Shown here one piece after another: positions 26,801-41,800 of a stretch of DNA of 64,000 bases. The DNA comes from Nemertoderma westbladi (lineage: Eukaryota > Animalia > Xenacoelomorpha), in the NCBI GenBank assembly GCA_032718475.1, contig JAUCBJ010000359.1:1-64000 (forward strand), written 5' to 3'. How positions within the stretch are numbered: the first letter of the stretch is position 1; each line of letters opens with the position of its first letter. The notes under the pieces were generated by a model that saw only the letters and a list, made by a program, of their open reading frames with translations, ran no database searches and was not told the DNA's origin. The translations under genes were made by a program, and so were the position numbers.

Positions 26801-29800
26801 ATAATGGCAAAATATTAGTAAAATAGAGAACGCTACCTATAATGACAAAATATTAGTAAAATAGAGAACGCTACCTATAAGGCAAAATATTAGTAAAATA
26901 GAGAACGCTACCTATAATGGCAAAATATTAGTAAAATAGAGAATGCTACCTATAATGGCAAAATAATAGTAAAATAGAGAATGCTACCTATAATGGCAAA
27001 ATATTAGTAAAATAGAAAACGCTACCTATAATGGAAAAATTTTAGTAAAATAGAGAACGCTACCTACAATGGCAAAATAATAGTAAAATAGAGAACGCCA
27101 TAGAATGGCAAAATATTCGTAAAATAGAGAACGCTACCTATAATGGGAAAATATTAGTAAAATAGAGAACGCTACCTGTAATGGCCAAATATTAGTAAAA
27201 TAGAGAACGCTACCTATAATGGCAAAATATTAGTAAAATAGAGAACGCCACCTATAATGGCAAAATATTAGTAAAATAGAAAACGCTACCTATAATGGCA
27301 AAATATTAGTAAAATAGAGAACGCTACCTATAATGACAAAATATTAGTAAAATAGAGAACGCTACCTATAAGGCAAAATATTAGTAAAATAGAGAATGCT
27401 ACCTGTAATGGCAAAATATTAGTAAATTAGAGAACGCTACCCATAATGGCAAAATATTAGTAAAATAGAGAACGCTACCTATAATGGCAAAATATTAGTA
27501 AAATAGAGAATGCTACCTATAATGGCAAAATATTAGTAAATTAGAGAACGCTACCTGTAATGGCAAAATATTAGTAAAATAGTGAACGCTACCTATAATG
27601 GCAAAATATTAGTAAAATAGTGAACGCTACCTATAATGGCAAAATATTAGTAAAATAGTGAACGCTACCTATAATGGCAAAACATTAGTAAAATAGAGAA
27701 CGCTACCTATAATGGCAAAATATTAGTAAAATAGAAAACGCTACCTACAATGGCAAAATAATAGTAAAATAGAGAACGCCATAGAATGGCAAAATATTCG
27801 TAAAATAGAGAACGCTACCTATAATGGGAAAATATTAGTAAAATAGAGAACGCTACCTGTAATGGCAAAATATTAGTAAAATAGAGAACGCTACCTATAA
27901 TGGCAAAATATTAGTAAATTAGAGAACGCTACCTATAATGGCAAAATATTAGTAAAATAGAGAACGCTACCTATAATGGCAAAATATTAGTAAAATAGAA
28001 AACGCTACCTATAATGGCAAAATATTAGTAAAATAGAGAACGCTACCTATAATGGCAAAATATTAGTAAAATAGAAAACGCTACCTATAATGGCAAAATA
28101 TTAGTAAAATAGAGAACGCTACCTATAATGACAAAATATTAGTAAAATAGAGAACGCTACCTATAAGGCAAAATATTAGTAAAATAGAGAATGCTACCTG
28201 TAATGGCAAAATATTAGTAAATTAGAGAACGCTACCTATAATGGCAAAATATTAGTAAAATAGAGAACGCTACCTATAATGGCAAAATATTAGTAAAATA
28301 GAAAACGCTACCTATAATGGGAAAATATTAGTAAAATAGAGAACGCTACCTGTAATGGCAAAATATTAGTAAAATAGAGAACGCTACCTATAATGGCAAA
28401 ATATTAGTAAATTAGAGAACGCTACCTGTAATGGCAAAATATTAGTAAAATAGTGAACGCTACCTATAATGGCAAAATATTAGTAAAATAGAGAACGCTA
28501 CCTATAATGGCAAAATATTAGTAAAATAGAGAACGCCACCTATAATGGCAAAATATTAGTAAAATAGAAAACGCTACCTATAATGGCAAAATATTAGTAA
28601 AATAGAGAACGCTACCTATAATGACAAAATATTAGTAAAATAGAGAACGCTACCTATAAGGCAAAATATTAGTAAAATAGAGAATGCTACCTGTAATGGC
28701 AAAATATTAGTAAATTAGAGAACGCTACCTATAATGGCAAAATATTAGTAAAATAGAGAACGCTACCTATAATGGCAAAATATTAGTAAAATAGAGAATG
28801 CTACCTATAATGGCAAAATATTAGTAAATTAGAGAACGCTACCTGTAATGGCAAAATATTAGTAAAATAGTGAACGCTACCTATAATGGCAAAATATTAG
28901 TAAAATAGTGAACGCTACCTATAATGGCAAAATAATAGTAAAATAGAGAACGCTACCTATAATGGCAAAATATTAGTAAAATAGAAAACGCTACCTATAA
29001 TGGAAAAATATTAGTAAAATAGAGAACGCTACCTATAATGGCAAAATAATAGTAAAATAGAGAACGCCATAGAATGGCAAAATATTCGTAAAATAGAGAA
29101 CGCTACCTATAAGGCAAAATATTAGTAAAATAGAGAATGCTACCTGTAATGGCAAAATATTAGTAAATTAGAGAACGCTACCTATAATGGCAAAATATTA
29201 GTAAATTAGAGAATGCTACTTATAATGGCAAAATATTAGTAAAATAGAGAACGCTACCTATAATGACAAAATATTAGTAAAATAGAGAACGCTACCTATA
29301 AGGCAAAATATTAGTAAAATAGAGAACGCTACCTATAATGGCAAAATATTAGTAAAATAGAGAACGCTACCTATAATGGCAAAATATTAGTAAAATAGAG
29401 AATGCTACCTATAATGGCAAAATAATAGTAAAATAGAGAACGCTACCTATAAGGCAAAATATTAGTAAAATAAAGAACGCTACCTATAATGGCAAAATAT
29501 TAGTGAAATAGAGAATGCTACCTATAATGGCAAAATAATAGTAAAATAGAGAATGCTACCTATAATGGCAAAATATTAGTAAAATAGAGAACGCTACCTA
29601 TAATGACAAAATATTAGTAAAATAGAGAACGCTACCTATAAGGCAAAATATTAGTAAAATAGAGAACGCTACCTATAATGGCAAAATATTAGTAAAATAG
29701 AGAATGCTACCTATAATGGCAAAATAATAGTAAAATAGAGAATGCTACCTATAATGGCAAAATATTAGTAAAATAGAAAACGCTACCTATAATGGAAAAA

Positions 29801-32800
29801 TTTTAGTAAAATAGAGAACGCTACCTACAATGGCAAAATAATAGTAAAATAGAGAACGCCATAGAATGGCAAAATATTCGTAAAATAGAGAACGCTACCT
29901 ATAATGGGAAAATATTAGTAAAATAGAGAACGCTACCTGTAATGGCAAAATATTAGTAAAATAGAGAACGCTACCTATAATGGCAAAATATTAGTAAATT
30001 AGAGAACGCTACCTATAATGGCAAAATATTAGTAAAATAGAGAACGCTACCTATAATGGCAAAATATTAGTAAAATAGAAAACGCTACCTATAATGGCAA
30101 AATATTAGTAAAATAGAGAACGCTACCTATAATGGCAAAATATTAGTAAAATAGAAAACGCTACCTATAATGGCAAAATATTAGTAAAATAGAGAACGCT
30201 ACCTATAATGACAAAATATTAGTAAAATAGAGAACGCTACCTATAAGGCAAAATATTAGTAAAATAGAGAATGCTACCTGTAATGGCAAAATATTAGTAA
30301 ATTAGAGAACGCTACCTATAATGGCAAAATATTAGTAAAATAGAGAACGCTACCTATAATGGCAAAATATTAGTAAAATAGAAAACGCTACCTATAATGG
30401 CAAAATATTAGTAAAATAGAGAACGCTACCTGTAATGGCAAAATATTAGTAAAATAGAGAACGCTACCTATAATGGCAAAATATTAGTAAAATAGAGAAC
30501 GCTACCTGTAATGGCAAAATATTAGTAAAATAGAGAACGCTACCTATAATGGCAAAATATTAGTAAAATAGAGAACGCTACCTATAATGGCAAAATATTA
30601 GTAAAATAGAGAACGCTACCTATAATGGCAAAATATTAGTAAAATAGAAAACGCTACCTATAATGGCAAAATATTAGTAAAATAGAGAACGCTACCTATA
30701 ATGGCAAAATATTAGTAAAATAGAGAACGCTACCTATAATGGCAAAATATTAGTAAAATAGAGAATGCTACCTGTAATGGCAAAATATTAGTAAATTAGA
30801 GAACGCTACCTATAATGGCAAAATATTAGTAAAATAGAGAACGCTACCTATAATGGCAAAATATTAGTAAAATAGAGAACGCTACCTATAATGGCAAAAT
30901 ATTAGTAAATTAGAGAACGCTACCTGTAATGGCAAAATATTAGTAAAATAGTGAACGCTACCTATAATGGCAAAATATTAGTAAAATAGTGAACGCTACC
31001 TATAATGGCAAAATATTAGTAAAATAGAGAACGCTACCTATAATGGCAAAATATTAGTAAAATAGAGAACGCTACCTATAATGGCAAAATATTAGTAAAA
31101 TAGAAAACGCCACCTACAATGGCAAAATAATAGTAAAATAGAGAACGCCATAGAATGGCAAAATATTCGTAAAATAGAGAACGCTACCTATAATGGGAAA
31201 ATATTAGAAAATAGAGAACGCTACCTGTAATGGCAAAATATTAGTAAAATAGAGAACGCTACCTATAATGGCAAAATATTAGTAAATTAGAGAACGCTAC
31301 CTATAATGGCAAAATATTAGTAAAATAGAGAACGCTACCTATAATGGCAAAATATTAGTAAAATAGAAAACGCTACCTATAATGGCAAAATATTAGTAAA
31401 ATAGAGAACGCTACCTATAATGGCAAAATATTAGTAAAATAGAAAACGCTACCTATAATGGCAAAATATTAGTAAAATAGAGAACGCTACCTATAATGAC
31501 AAAATATTAGTAAAATAGAGAACGCTACCTATAAGGCAAAATATTAGTAAAATAGAGAATGCTACCTGTAATGGCAAAATATTAGTAAATTAGAGAACGC
31601 TACCTATAATGGCAAAATATTAGTAAAATAGAGAACGCTACCTATAATGGCAAAATATTAGTAAAATAGAAAACGCTACCTATAATGGGAAAATATTAGT
31701 AAAATAGAGAACGCTACCTGTAATGGCAAAATATTAGTAAAATAGAGAACGCTACCTATAATGGCAAAATATTAGTAAATTAGAGAACGCTACCTGTAAT
31801 GGCAAAATATTAGTAAAATAGTGAACGCTACCTATAATGGCAAAATATTAGTAAAATAGAGAACGCTACCTATAATGGCAAAATATTAGTAAAATAGAGA
31901 ACGCCACCTATAATGGCAAAATATTAGTAAAATAGAAAACGCTACCTATAATGGCAAAATATTAGTAAAATAGAGAACGCTACCTATAATGACAAAATAT
32001 TAGTAAAATAGAGAACGCTACCTATAAGGCAAAATATTAGTAAAATAGAGAATGCTACCTGTAATGGCAAAATATTAGTAAATTAGAGAACGCTACCTAT
32101 AATGGCAAAATATTAGTAAAATAGAGAACGCTACCTATAATGGCAAAATATTAGTAAAATAGAGAATGCTACCTATAATGGCAAAATATTAGTAAATTAG
32201 AGAACGCTACCTGTAATGGCAAAATATTAGTAAAATAGTGAACGCTACCTATAATGGCAAAATATTAGTAAAATAGTGAACGCTACCTATAATGGCAAAA
32301 TAATAGTAAAATAGAGAACGCTACCTATAATGGCAAAATATTAGTAAAATAGAAAACGCTACCTATAATGGCAAAATATTAGTAAAATAGAGAACGCTAC
32401 CTATAATGGCAAAATAATAGTAAAATAGAGAACGCCATAGAATGGCAAAATATTCGTAAAATAGAGAACGCTACCTATAAGGCAAAATATTAGTAAAATA
32501 GAGAATGCTACCTGTAATGGCAAAATATTAGTAAATTAGAGAACGCTACCTATAATGGCAAAATATTAGTAAATTAGAGAATGCTACTTATAATGGCAAA
32601 ATATTAGTAAAATAGAGAACGCTACCTATAAGGCAAAATATTAGTAAATTAGAGAACGCTACCTATAATGGCAAAATATTAGTAAAATAGAGAACGCTAC
32701 CTATAATGGGAAAATATTAGTAAAATAGAAAAAGCTACCTATAATGGGAAAATATTAGTAAAATAGAGAACGCTACCTATAATGGCAAAATATTAGTAAA

Positions 32801-35800
32801 ATAGAAAACGCTACCTATAATGGCAAAATATTAGTAAAATAGAGAACGCTACCTATAATGACAAAATATTAGTAAAATAGAGAACGCTACCTATAATGCA
32901 AAATATTAGTAAAATAGAGAACGCTACCTATAATGGCAAAATATTAGTAAAATAGAGAACGCTACCTATAATGGCAAAATAATAGTAAAATAGAGAACGC
33001 TACCTATAATGGCAAAATATTAGTAAAATAGAAAACGCTACCTATAATGGAAAAATATTAGTAAAATAGAGAACGCTACCTATAATGGCAAAATAATAGT
33101 AAAATAGAGAACGCCATAGAATGGCAAAATATTCGTAAAATAGAGAACGCTACCTATAATGGGAAAATATTAGTAAAATAGAGCACGCTACCTGTAATGG
33201 CAAAATATTAGTAAAATAGAGAACGCTACCTATAATGGCAAAATATTAGTAAATTAGAGAACGCTACCTATAATGGCAAAATATTAGTAAAATAGAGAAC
33301 GCTACCTATAATGGCAAAATATTAGTAAAATAGAAAACGCTACCTATAATGGCAAAATATTAGTAAAATAGAGAACGCTACCTATAATGACAAAATATTA
33401 GTAAAATAGAGAACGCTACCTATAATGGCAAAATAATAGTAAAATAGAGAACGCTACCTATAATGGCAAAATATTAGTAAAATAGAAAACGCTACCTATA
33501 ATGGAAAAATATTAGTAAAATAGAGAACGCTACCTATAATGGCAAAATAATAGTAAAATAGAGAACGCCATAGAATGGCAAAATATTAGTAAAATAGAGA
33601 ACGCTACCTATAATGGGAAAATATTAGTAAAATAGAGAACGCTACCTGTAATGGCAAAATATTAGTAAAATAGAGAACACTACCTATAATGGCAAAATAT
33701 TAGTAAATTAGAGAACGCTACCTATAATGGCAAAATATTAGTAAAATAGAGAACGCTACCTATAATGGCAAAATATTAGTAAAATAGAAAACGCTACCTA
33801 TAATGGCAAAATATTAGTAAAATAGAGAATGCTACCTATAATGACAAAATATTAGTAAAATAGAGAACGCTACCTATAATGGCAAAATAATAATAAAATA
33901 GAGAACGCTACCTATAATGGCAAAATATTAGTAAAATAGAAAACGCTACCTATAATGGAAAAATATTAGTAAAATAGAGAACGCTACCTATAATGGCAAA
34001 ATAATAGTAAAATAGAGAACGCCATAGAATGGCAAAATATTCGTAAAATAGAGAACGCTACCTATAATGGGAAAATATTAGTAAAATAGAGAACGCTACC
34101 TATAATGGCAAAATATTAGTAAAATAGAAAACGCTACCTATAATGGCAAAATATTAGTAAAATAGAGAACGCTACCTATAATGACAAAATATTAGTAAAA
34201 TAGAGAACGCTACCTATAAGGCAAAATATTAGTAAAATAGAGAACGCTACCTATAATGGCAAAATATTAGTAAAATAGAGAATGCTACCTATAATGGCAA
34301 AATAATAGTAAAATAGAGAACGCTACCTATAATGGCAAAATATTAGTAAAATAGAAAACGCTACCTATAATGGAAAAATATTAGTAAAATAGAGAACGCT
34401 ACCTACAATGGCAAAATAATAGTAAAATAGAGAACGCCATAGAATGGCAAAATATTCGTAAAATAGAGAACGCTACCTATAATGGGAAAATATTAGTAAA
34501 ATAGAGAACGCTACCTGTAATGGCAAAATATTAGTAAAATAGAGAACGCTACCTATAATGGCAAAATATTAGTAAATTAGAGAACGCTACCTATAATGGC
34601 AAAATATTAGTAAAATAGAGAACGCTACCTATAATGGCAAAATATTAGTAAAATAGAAAACGCTACCTATAATGGCAAAATATTAGTAAAATAGAGAACG
34701 CTACCTATAATGGCAAAATATTAGTAAAATAGAAAACGCTACCTATAATGGCAAAATATTAGTAAAATAGAGAACGCTACCTATAATGACAAAATATTAG
34801 TAAAATAGAGAACGCTACCTATAAGGCAAAATATTAGTAAAATAGAGAATGCTACCTGTAATGGCAAAATATTAGTAAATTAGAGAACGCTACCTATAAT
34901 GGCAAAATATTAGTAAAATAGAGAACGCTACCTATAATGGCAAAATATTAGTAAAATAGAAAACGCTACCTATAATGGGAAAATATTAGTAAAATAGAGA
35001 ACGCTACCTGTAATGGCAAAATATTAGTAAAATAGAGAACGCTACCTATAATGGCAAAATATTAGTAAATTAGAGAACGCTACCTGTAATGGCAAAATAT
35101 TAGTAAAATAGTGAACGCTACCTATAATGGCAAAATATTAGTAAAATAGAGAACGCTACCTATAATGGCAAAATATTAGTAAAATAGAGAACGCCACCTA
35201 TAATGGCAAAATATTAGTAAAATAGAAAACGCTACCTATAATGGCAAAATATTAGTAAAATAGAGAACGCTACCTATAATGACAAAATATTAGTAAAATA
35301 GAGAACGCTACCTATAAGGCAAAATATTAGTAAAATAGAGAATGCTACCTGTAATGGCAAAATATTAGTAAATTAGAGAACGCTACCTATAATGGCAAAA
35401 TATTAGTAAAATAGAGAACGCTACCTATAATGGCAAAATATTAGTAAAATAGAGAATGCTACCTATAATGGCAAAATATTAGTAAATTAGAGAACGCTAC
35501 CTGTAATGGCAAAATATTAGTAAAATAGTGAACGCTACCTATAATGGCAAAATATTAGTAAAATAGTGAACGCTACCTATAATGGCAAAATATTAGTAAA
35601 ATAGAGAACGCTACCTATAATGGCAAAATATTAGTAAAATAGAAAACGCTACCTATAATGGCAAAATATTAGTAAAATAGAGAACGCTACCTATAATGAC
35701 AAAATATTAGTAAAATAGAGAAAGCTACCTACCTATAAGGCAAAATATTAGTAAAATAGAGAATGCTACCTGTAATGGCAAAATATTAGTAAAATAGAGA

Positions 35801-38800
35801 ACGCTACCTATAATGGGAAAATATTAGTAAAATAGAGAACGCTACCTATAATGGCAAAATAATAGTAAATTAGAGAACGCCATAGAATGGCAAAATATTC
35901 GTAAAATAGAGAACGCTACCTATAATGGGAAAATATTAGTAAAATATAGAACGCTACCTATAATGGCAAAATATTAGTAAAATAGAAAACGCTACCTATA
36001 ATGGCAAAATATTAGTAAAATAGAGAATGCTACCTATAATGACAAAATATTAGTAAAATAGAGAACGCTACCTATAAGGCAAAATATTAGTAAAATAGAG
36101 AACGCTACCTATAATGGCAAAATATTAGTAAAATAGAAAACGCTACCTATAATGGCAAAATAATAGTAAAATAGAGAATGCTACCTATAATGGCAAAATA
36201 TTAGTAAAATAGAAAACGCTACCTATAATGGAAAAATATTAGTAAAATAGAGAACGCTACCTATAATGGCAAAATAATAGTAAAATAGAGAACGCCATAG
36301 AATGGCAAAATATTCGTAAAATAGAGAACGCTACCTATAATGGGAAAATATTAGTAAAATAGAGAACGCTACCTGTAATGGCAAAATATTAGTAAAATAG
36401 AGAACGCTACCTATAATGGCAAAATATTAGTAAATTAGAGAACGCTACCTATAATGGCAAAATATTAGTAAAATAGAGAACGCTACCTATAATGGCAAAA
36501 TATTAGTAAAATAGAAAACGCTACCTATAATGGCAAAATATTAGTAAAATAGAGAACGCTACCTATAATGGCAAAATATTAGTAAAATAGAAAACGCTAC
36601 CTATAATGGCAAAATATTAGTAAAATAGAGAACGCTACCTATAATGACAAAATATTAGTAAAATAGAGAACGCTACCTATAAGGCAAAATATTAGTAAAA
36701 TAGAGAATGCTACCTGTAATGGCAAAATATTAGTAAATTAGAGAACGCTACCTATAATGGCAAAATATTAGTAAAATAGAGAACGCTACCTATAATGGCA
36801 AAATATTAGTAAAATAGAAAACGCTACCTATAATGGGAAAATATTAGTAAAATAGAGAACGCTACCTGTAATGGCAAAATATTAGTAAAATAGAGAACGC
36901 TACCTATAATGGCAAAATATTAGTAAATAAGAGAACGCTACCTGTAATGGCAAAATATTAGTAAAATAGTGAACGCTACCTATAATGGCAAAATATTAGT
37001 AAAATAGAGAACGCTACCTATAATGGCAAAATATTAGTAAAATAGAGAACGCTACCTATAATGGCAAAATATTAGTAAAATAGAAAACGCTACCTATAAT
37101 GGCAAAATATTAGTAAAATAGAGAACGCTACCTATAATGACAAAATATTAGTAAAATAGAGAACGCTACCTATAAGGCAAAATATTAGTAAAATAGAGAA
37201 TGCTACCTGTAATGGCAAAATATTAGTAAATTAGAGAACGCTACCTATAATGGCAAAATATTAGTAAAATAGAGAACGCTACCTATAATGGCAAAATATT
37301 AGTAAAATAGAGAACGCTACCTATAATGGCAAAATATTAGTAAAATAGAGAACGCTACCTGTAATGGCAAAATATTAGTAAAATAGAGAACGCTACCTAT
37401 AATGGCAAAATATTAGTAAAATAGAGAACGCTACCTATAATGGCAAAATATTAGTAAAATAGAGAACGCTACCTATAATGGCAAAATATTAGTAAAATAG
37501 AGAACGCTACCTATAATGGCAAAATATTAGTAAAATAGAGAACGCTACCTATAATGGCAAAATATTAGTAAAATAGAGAAAGCTACCTATAAGGCAAAAT
37601 ATTAGTAAAATAGAGAATGCTACCTGTAATGGCAAAATATTAGTAAAATAGAGAACGCTACCTATAATGGGAAAATATTAGTAAAATAGAGAACGCTACC
37701 TATAATGGCAAAATAATAGTAAAATAGAGAACACTATATAATGGCAAAATATTAGTAAAATAGAGAACGCTACCTATAATGGCAAAATATTAGTAAAATA
37801 GAGAACGCTACCTATAATGGCAAAATATTAGTAAAATAGAGAATGCTACCTATAATGGCAAAATATTAGTAAAATAGAGAACGCTACCTATAATGGCAAA
37901 ATATTAGTAAAATAGAGAACGCTACCTATAAGGCAAAATATTAGTAAAATAGAGAACGCTACCTATAATGGCAAAATATTAGTAAAATAGAGAACGCTAC
38001 CTATAATGGCAAAATATTAGTAAAATAGAGAACGCTACCTATAATGGCAAAATATTAGTAAAATAGAGAACGCTACCTATAATGGGAAAATATTAGTAAA
38101 ATAGAAAAAGCTACCTATAATGGGAAAATATTAGTAAAATAGAGAACGCTACCTATAATGGGAAAATAATAGTAAAATAGAGAACGCTACCTATAATGGG
38201 AAAATATTAGTAAAATAGAAAAAGCTACCTATAATGGCAAAATATTAGTAAAATAGAGAATGCTACCTATAATGGCAAAATATTAGTAAAATAGAGAACG
38301 CTACCTATAATGGGAAAATATTAGTAAAATAGAAAAAGCTACCTATAATGGGAAAATATTAGTAAAATAGAGAACGCTACCTATAATGGGAAAATAATAG
38401 TAAAATAGAGAACGCTATAGAATGGCAAAATATTAGTAAAATAGAGAACGCTACCTATAATGGCAAAATATTAGTAAAATAGAGAACGCTACCTATAATG
38501 GCAAAATATTAGTAAAATAGAGAACGCTACCTATAATGGGAAAATATTAGTAAAATAGTGAACGCTACCTATAATGGGAAAATATTAGTAAAATAGAGAA
38601 CGCTACCTATAATGGCAAAATATTAGTAAAATAGAGAACGCTACCTATAATGGCAAAACAATAGTAAAATAGAGAACGCTACCTATAATGGGAAAATATT
38701 AGTAAAATAGAGAACGCTACCTATAATGGCAAAATATTAGTAAAATAGAGAACGCTACCTATAATGGCAAAATATTAGTAAAATAGAGAACGCTACCTAT

Positions 38801-41800
38801 AATGGCAAAATATTAGTAAAATAGAGAACGCTACCTATAATGGCAAAATAATAGTAAAATAGAGAACGCTACCTATAATGGGAAAATATTAGTAAAATAG
38901 AGAACGCTACCTATAATGGCAAAATAATAGTAAAATAGAGAACGCTACCTATAATGGGAAAATATTAGTAAAATAGAGAACGCTACCTATAATGGGAAAA
39001 TATTAGTAAAATAGAGAACGCTACCTATAATGGCAAAATATTAGTAAAATAGAGAACGCTACCTATAATGGCAAAATATTAGTAAAATAGAGAACGCTAC
39101 CTATAATGGCAAAATATTAGTAAAATAGAGAACGCTACCTATAATGGGAAAATATTAGTAAAATAGAGAACGCTACCTATAATGGCAAAATATTAGTAAA
39201 ATAGAGAACGCTACCTGTAATGGCAAAATATTAGTAAAATAGAGAACGCTACCTATAATGGCAAAATATTAGTAAAATAGAGAACGCTACCTATAATGGC
39301 AAAATATTAGTAAAATAGAGAACGCTACCTATAATGGCAAAATATTAGTAAAATAGAGAACGCTACCTATAATGGGAAAATATTAGTAAAATAGAGAACG
39401 CTACCTATAATGGCAAAATATTAGTAAAATAGAGAACGCTACCTATAATGGGAAAATATTAGTAAAATAGAGAACGCTACCTATAATGGGAAAATATTAG
39501 TAAAATAGAGAACGCTACCTATAATGGCAAAATATTAGTAAAATAGAGAACGCTACCTATAATGGCAAAATATTAGTAAAATAGAGAACGCTACCTATAA
39601 TGGGAAAATATTAGTAAAATAGAGAACGCTACCTATAATGGCAAAATATTAGTAAAATAGAGAACGCTACCTATAATGGCAAAATATTAGTAAAATAGAG
39701 AACGCTACCTATAATGGCAAAATATTAGTAAAATAGAGAACGCTACCTGTAATGGCAAAATAATAGTAAAATAGAGAACGCCTACCTATAATGGCAAAAT
39801 ATTAGTAAAATAGAGAACGCTACCTATAATGGGAAAATATTAGTAAAATAGAGAACGCTACCTATAATGGCAAAATATTAGTAAAATAGAGAACGCTACC
39901 TATAATGGCAAAATATTAGTAAAATAGAGAACGCTACCTATAATGGGAAAATATTAGTAAAATAGAGAACGCTACCTATAATGGCAAAATATTAGTAAAA
40001 TAGAGAACGCTACCTATAATGGCAAAATATTAGTAAAATAGAGAACGCTACCTATAATGGCAAAATAATAGTAAAATAGAGAACGCTACCTATAATGGCA
40101 AAATATTAGTAAAATAGAGAACGCTACCTATAATGGCAAAATATTAGTAAAATAGAGAACGCTACCTATAATGGCAAAATATTAGTAAAATAGAGAACGC
40201 TACCTATAATGGCAAAATATTAGTAAAATAGAGAACGCTACCTGTAATGGCAAAATAATAGTAAAATAGAGAACGCTACCTATAATGGCAAAATAATAGT
40301 AAAATAGAGAACGCTACCTATAATGGGAAAATATTAGTAAAATAGAGAACGCTACCTATAATGGCAAAATAATAGTAAAATAGAGAACGCTATATAATGG
40401 CAAAATATTAGTAAAATAGAGAACGCTACCTATAATGGCAAAATATTAGTAAAATAGAGAACGCTACCTATAATGGCAAAATATTAGTAAAATAGAGAAC
40501 GCTACCTATAATGGCAAAATATTAGTAAAATAGAGAACGCTACCTATAATGGCAAAATATTAGTAAAATAGAGAACGCTACCTATAAGGCAAAATATTAG
40601 TAAAATAGAGAACGCTACCTATAATGGCAAAATATTAGTAAAATAGAGAACGCTACCTATAATGGCAAAATATTAGTAAAATAGAGAACGCTACCTATAA
40701 TGGCAAAATATTAGTAAAATAGAGAACGCTACCTATAATGGCAAAATATTAGTAAAATAGAGAACGCTACCTATAATGGCAAAATATTAGTAAAATAGAG
40801 AACGCTACCTGTAATGGCAAAATATTAGTAAAATAGAGAACGCTACCTATAATGGCAAAATATTAGTAAAATAGAGAACGCTACCTATAATGGCAAAATA
40901 TTAGTAAAATAGAGAACGCTACCTATAATGGCAAAATATTAGTAAAATAGAGAACGCTACCTATAATGGCAAAATATTAGTAAAATAGAGAACGCTACCT
41001 ATAATGGCAAAATATTAGTAAAATAGAGAACGCTACCTATAATGGCAAAATATTAGTAAAATAGAGAACGCTACCTATAATGGCAAAATATTAGTAAAAT
41101 AGAGAACGCTACCTATAATGGCAAAATATTAGTAAAATAGAGAACGCTACCTATAATGGCAAAATATTAGTAAAATAGAGAACGCTACCTATAATGGCAA
41201 AATATTAGTAAAATAGAGAACGCTACCTATAATGGCAAAATATTAGTAAAATAGAGAACGCTACCTATAATGGCAAAATATTAGTAAAATAGAGAACGCT
41301 ACCTATAATGGCAAAATATTAGTAAAATAGAGAACGCTACCTATAATGGCAAAATATTAGTAAAATAGAGAACGCTACCTATAATGGCAAAATATTAGTA
41401 AAATAGAGAACGCTACCTATAATGGCAAAATATTAGTAAAATAGAGAACGCTACCTATAATGGCAAAATATTAGTAAAATAGAGAACGCTACCTATAATG
41501 GCAAAATATTAGTAAAATAGAGAACGCTACCTATAATGGCAAAATATTAGTAAAATAGAGAACGCTACCTATAATGGCAAAATATTAGTAAAATAGAGAA
41601 CGCTACCTATAATGGGAAAATATTAGTAAAATAGAGAACGCTACCTATAATGGGAAAATATTAGTAAAATAGAGAACGCTACCTATAATGGGAAAATATT
41701 AGTAAAATAGAAAAAGCTACCTATAATGGCAAAATATTAGTAAAATAGAGAATGCTACCTATAATGGCAAAATATTAGTAAAATAGAGAACGCTACCTAT

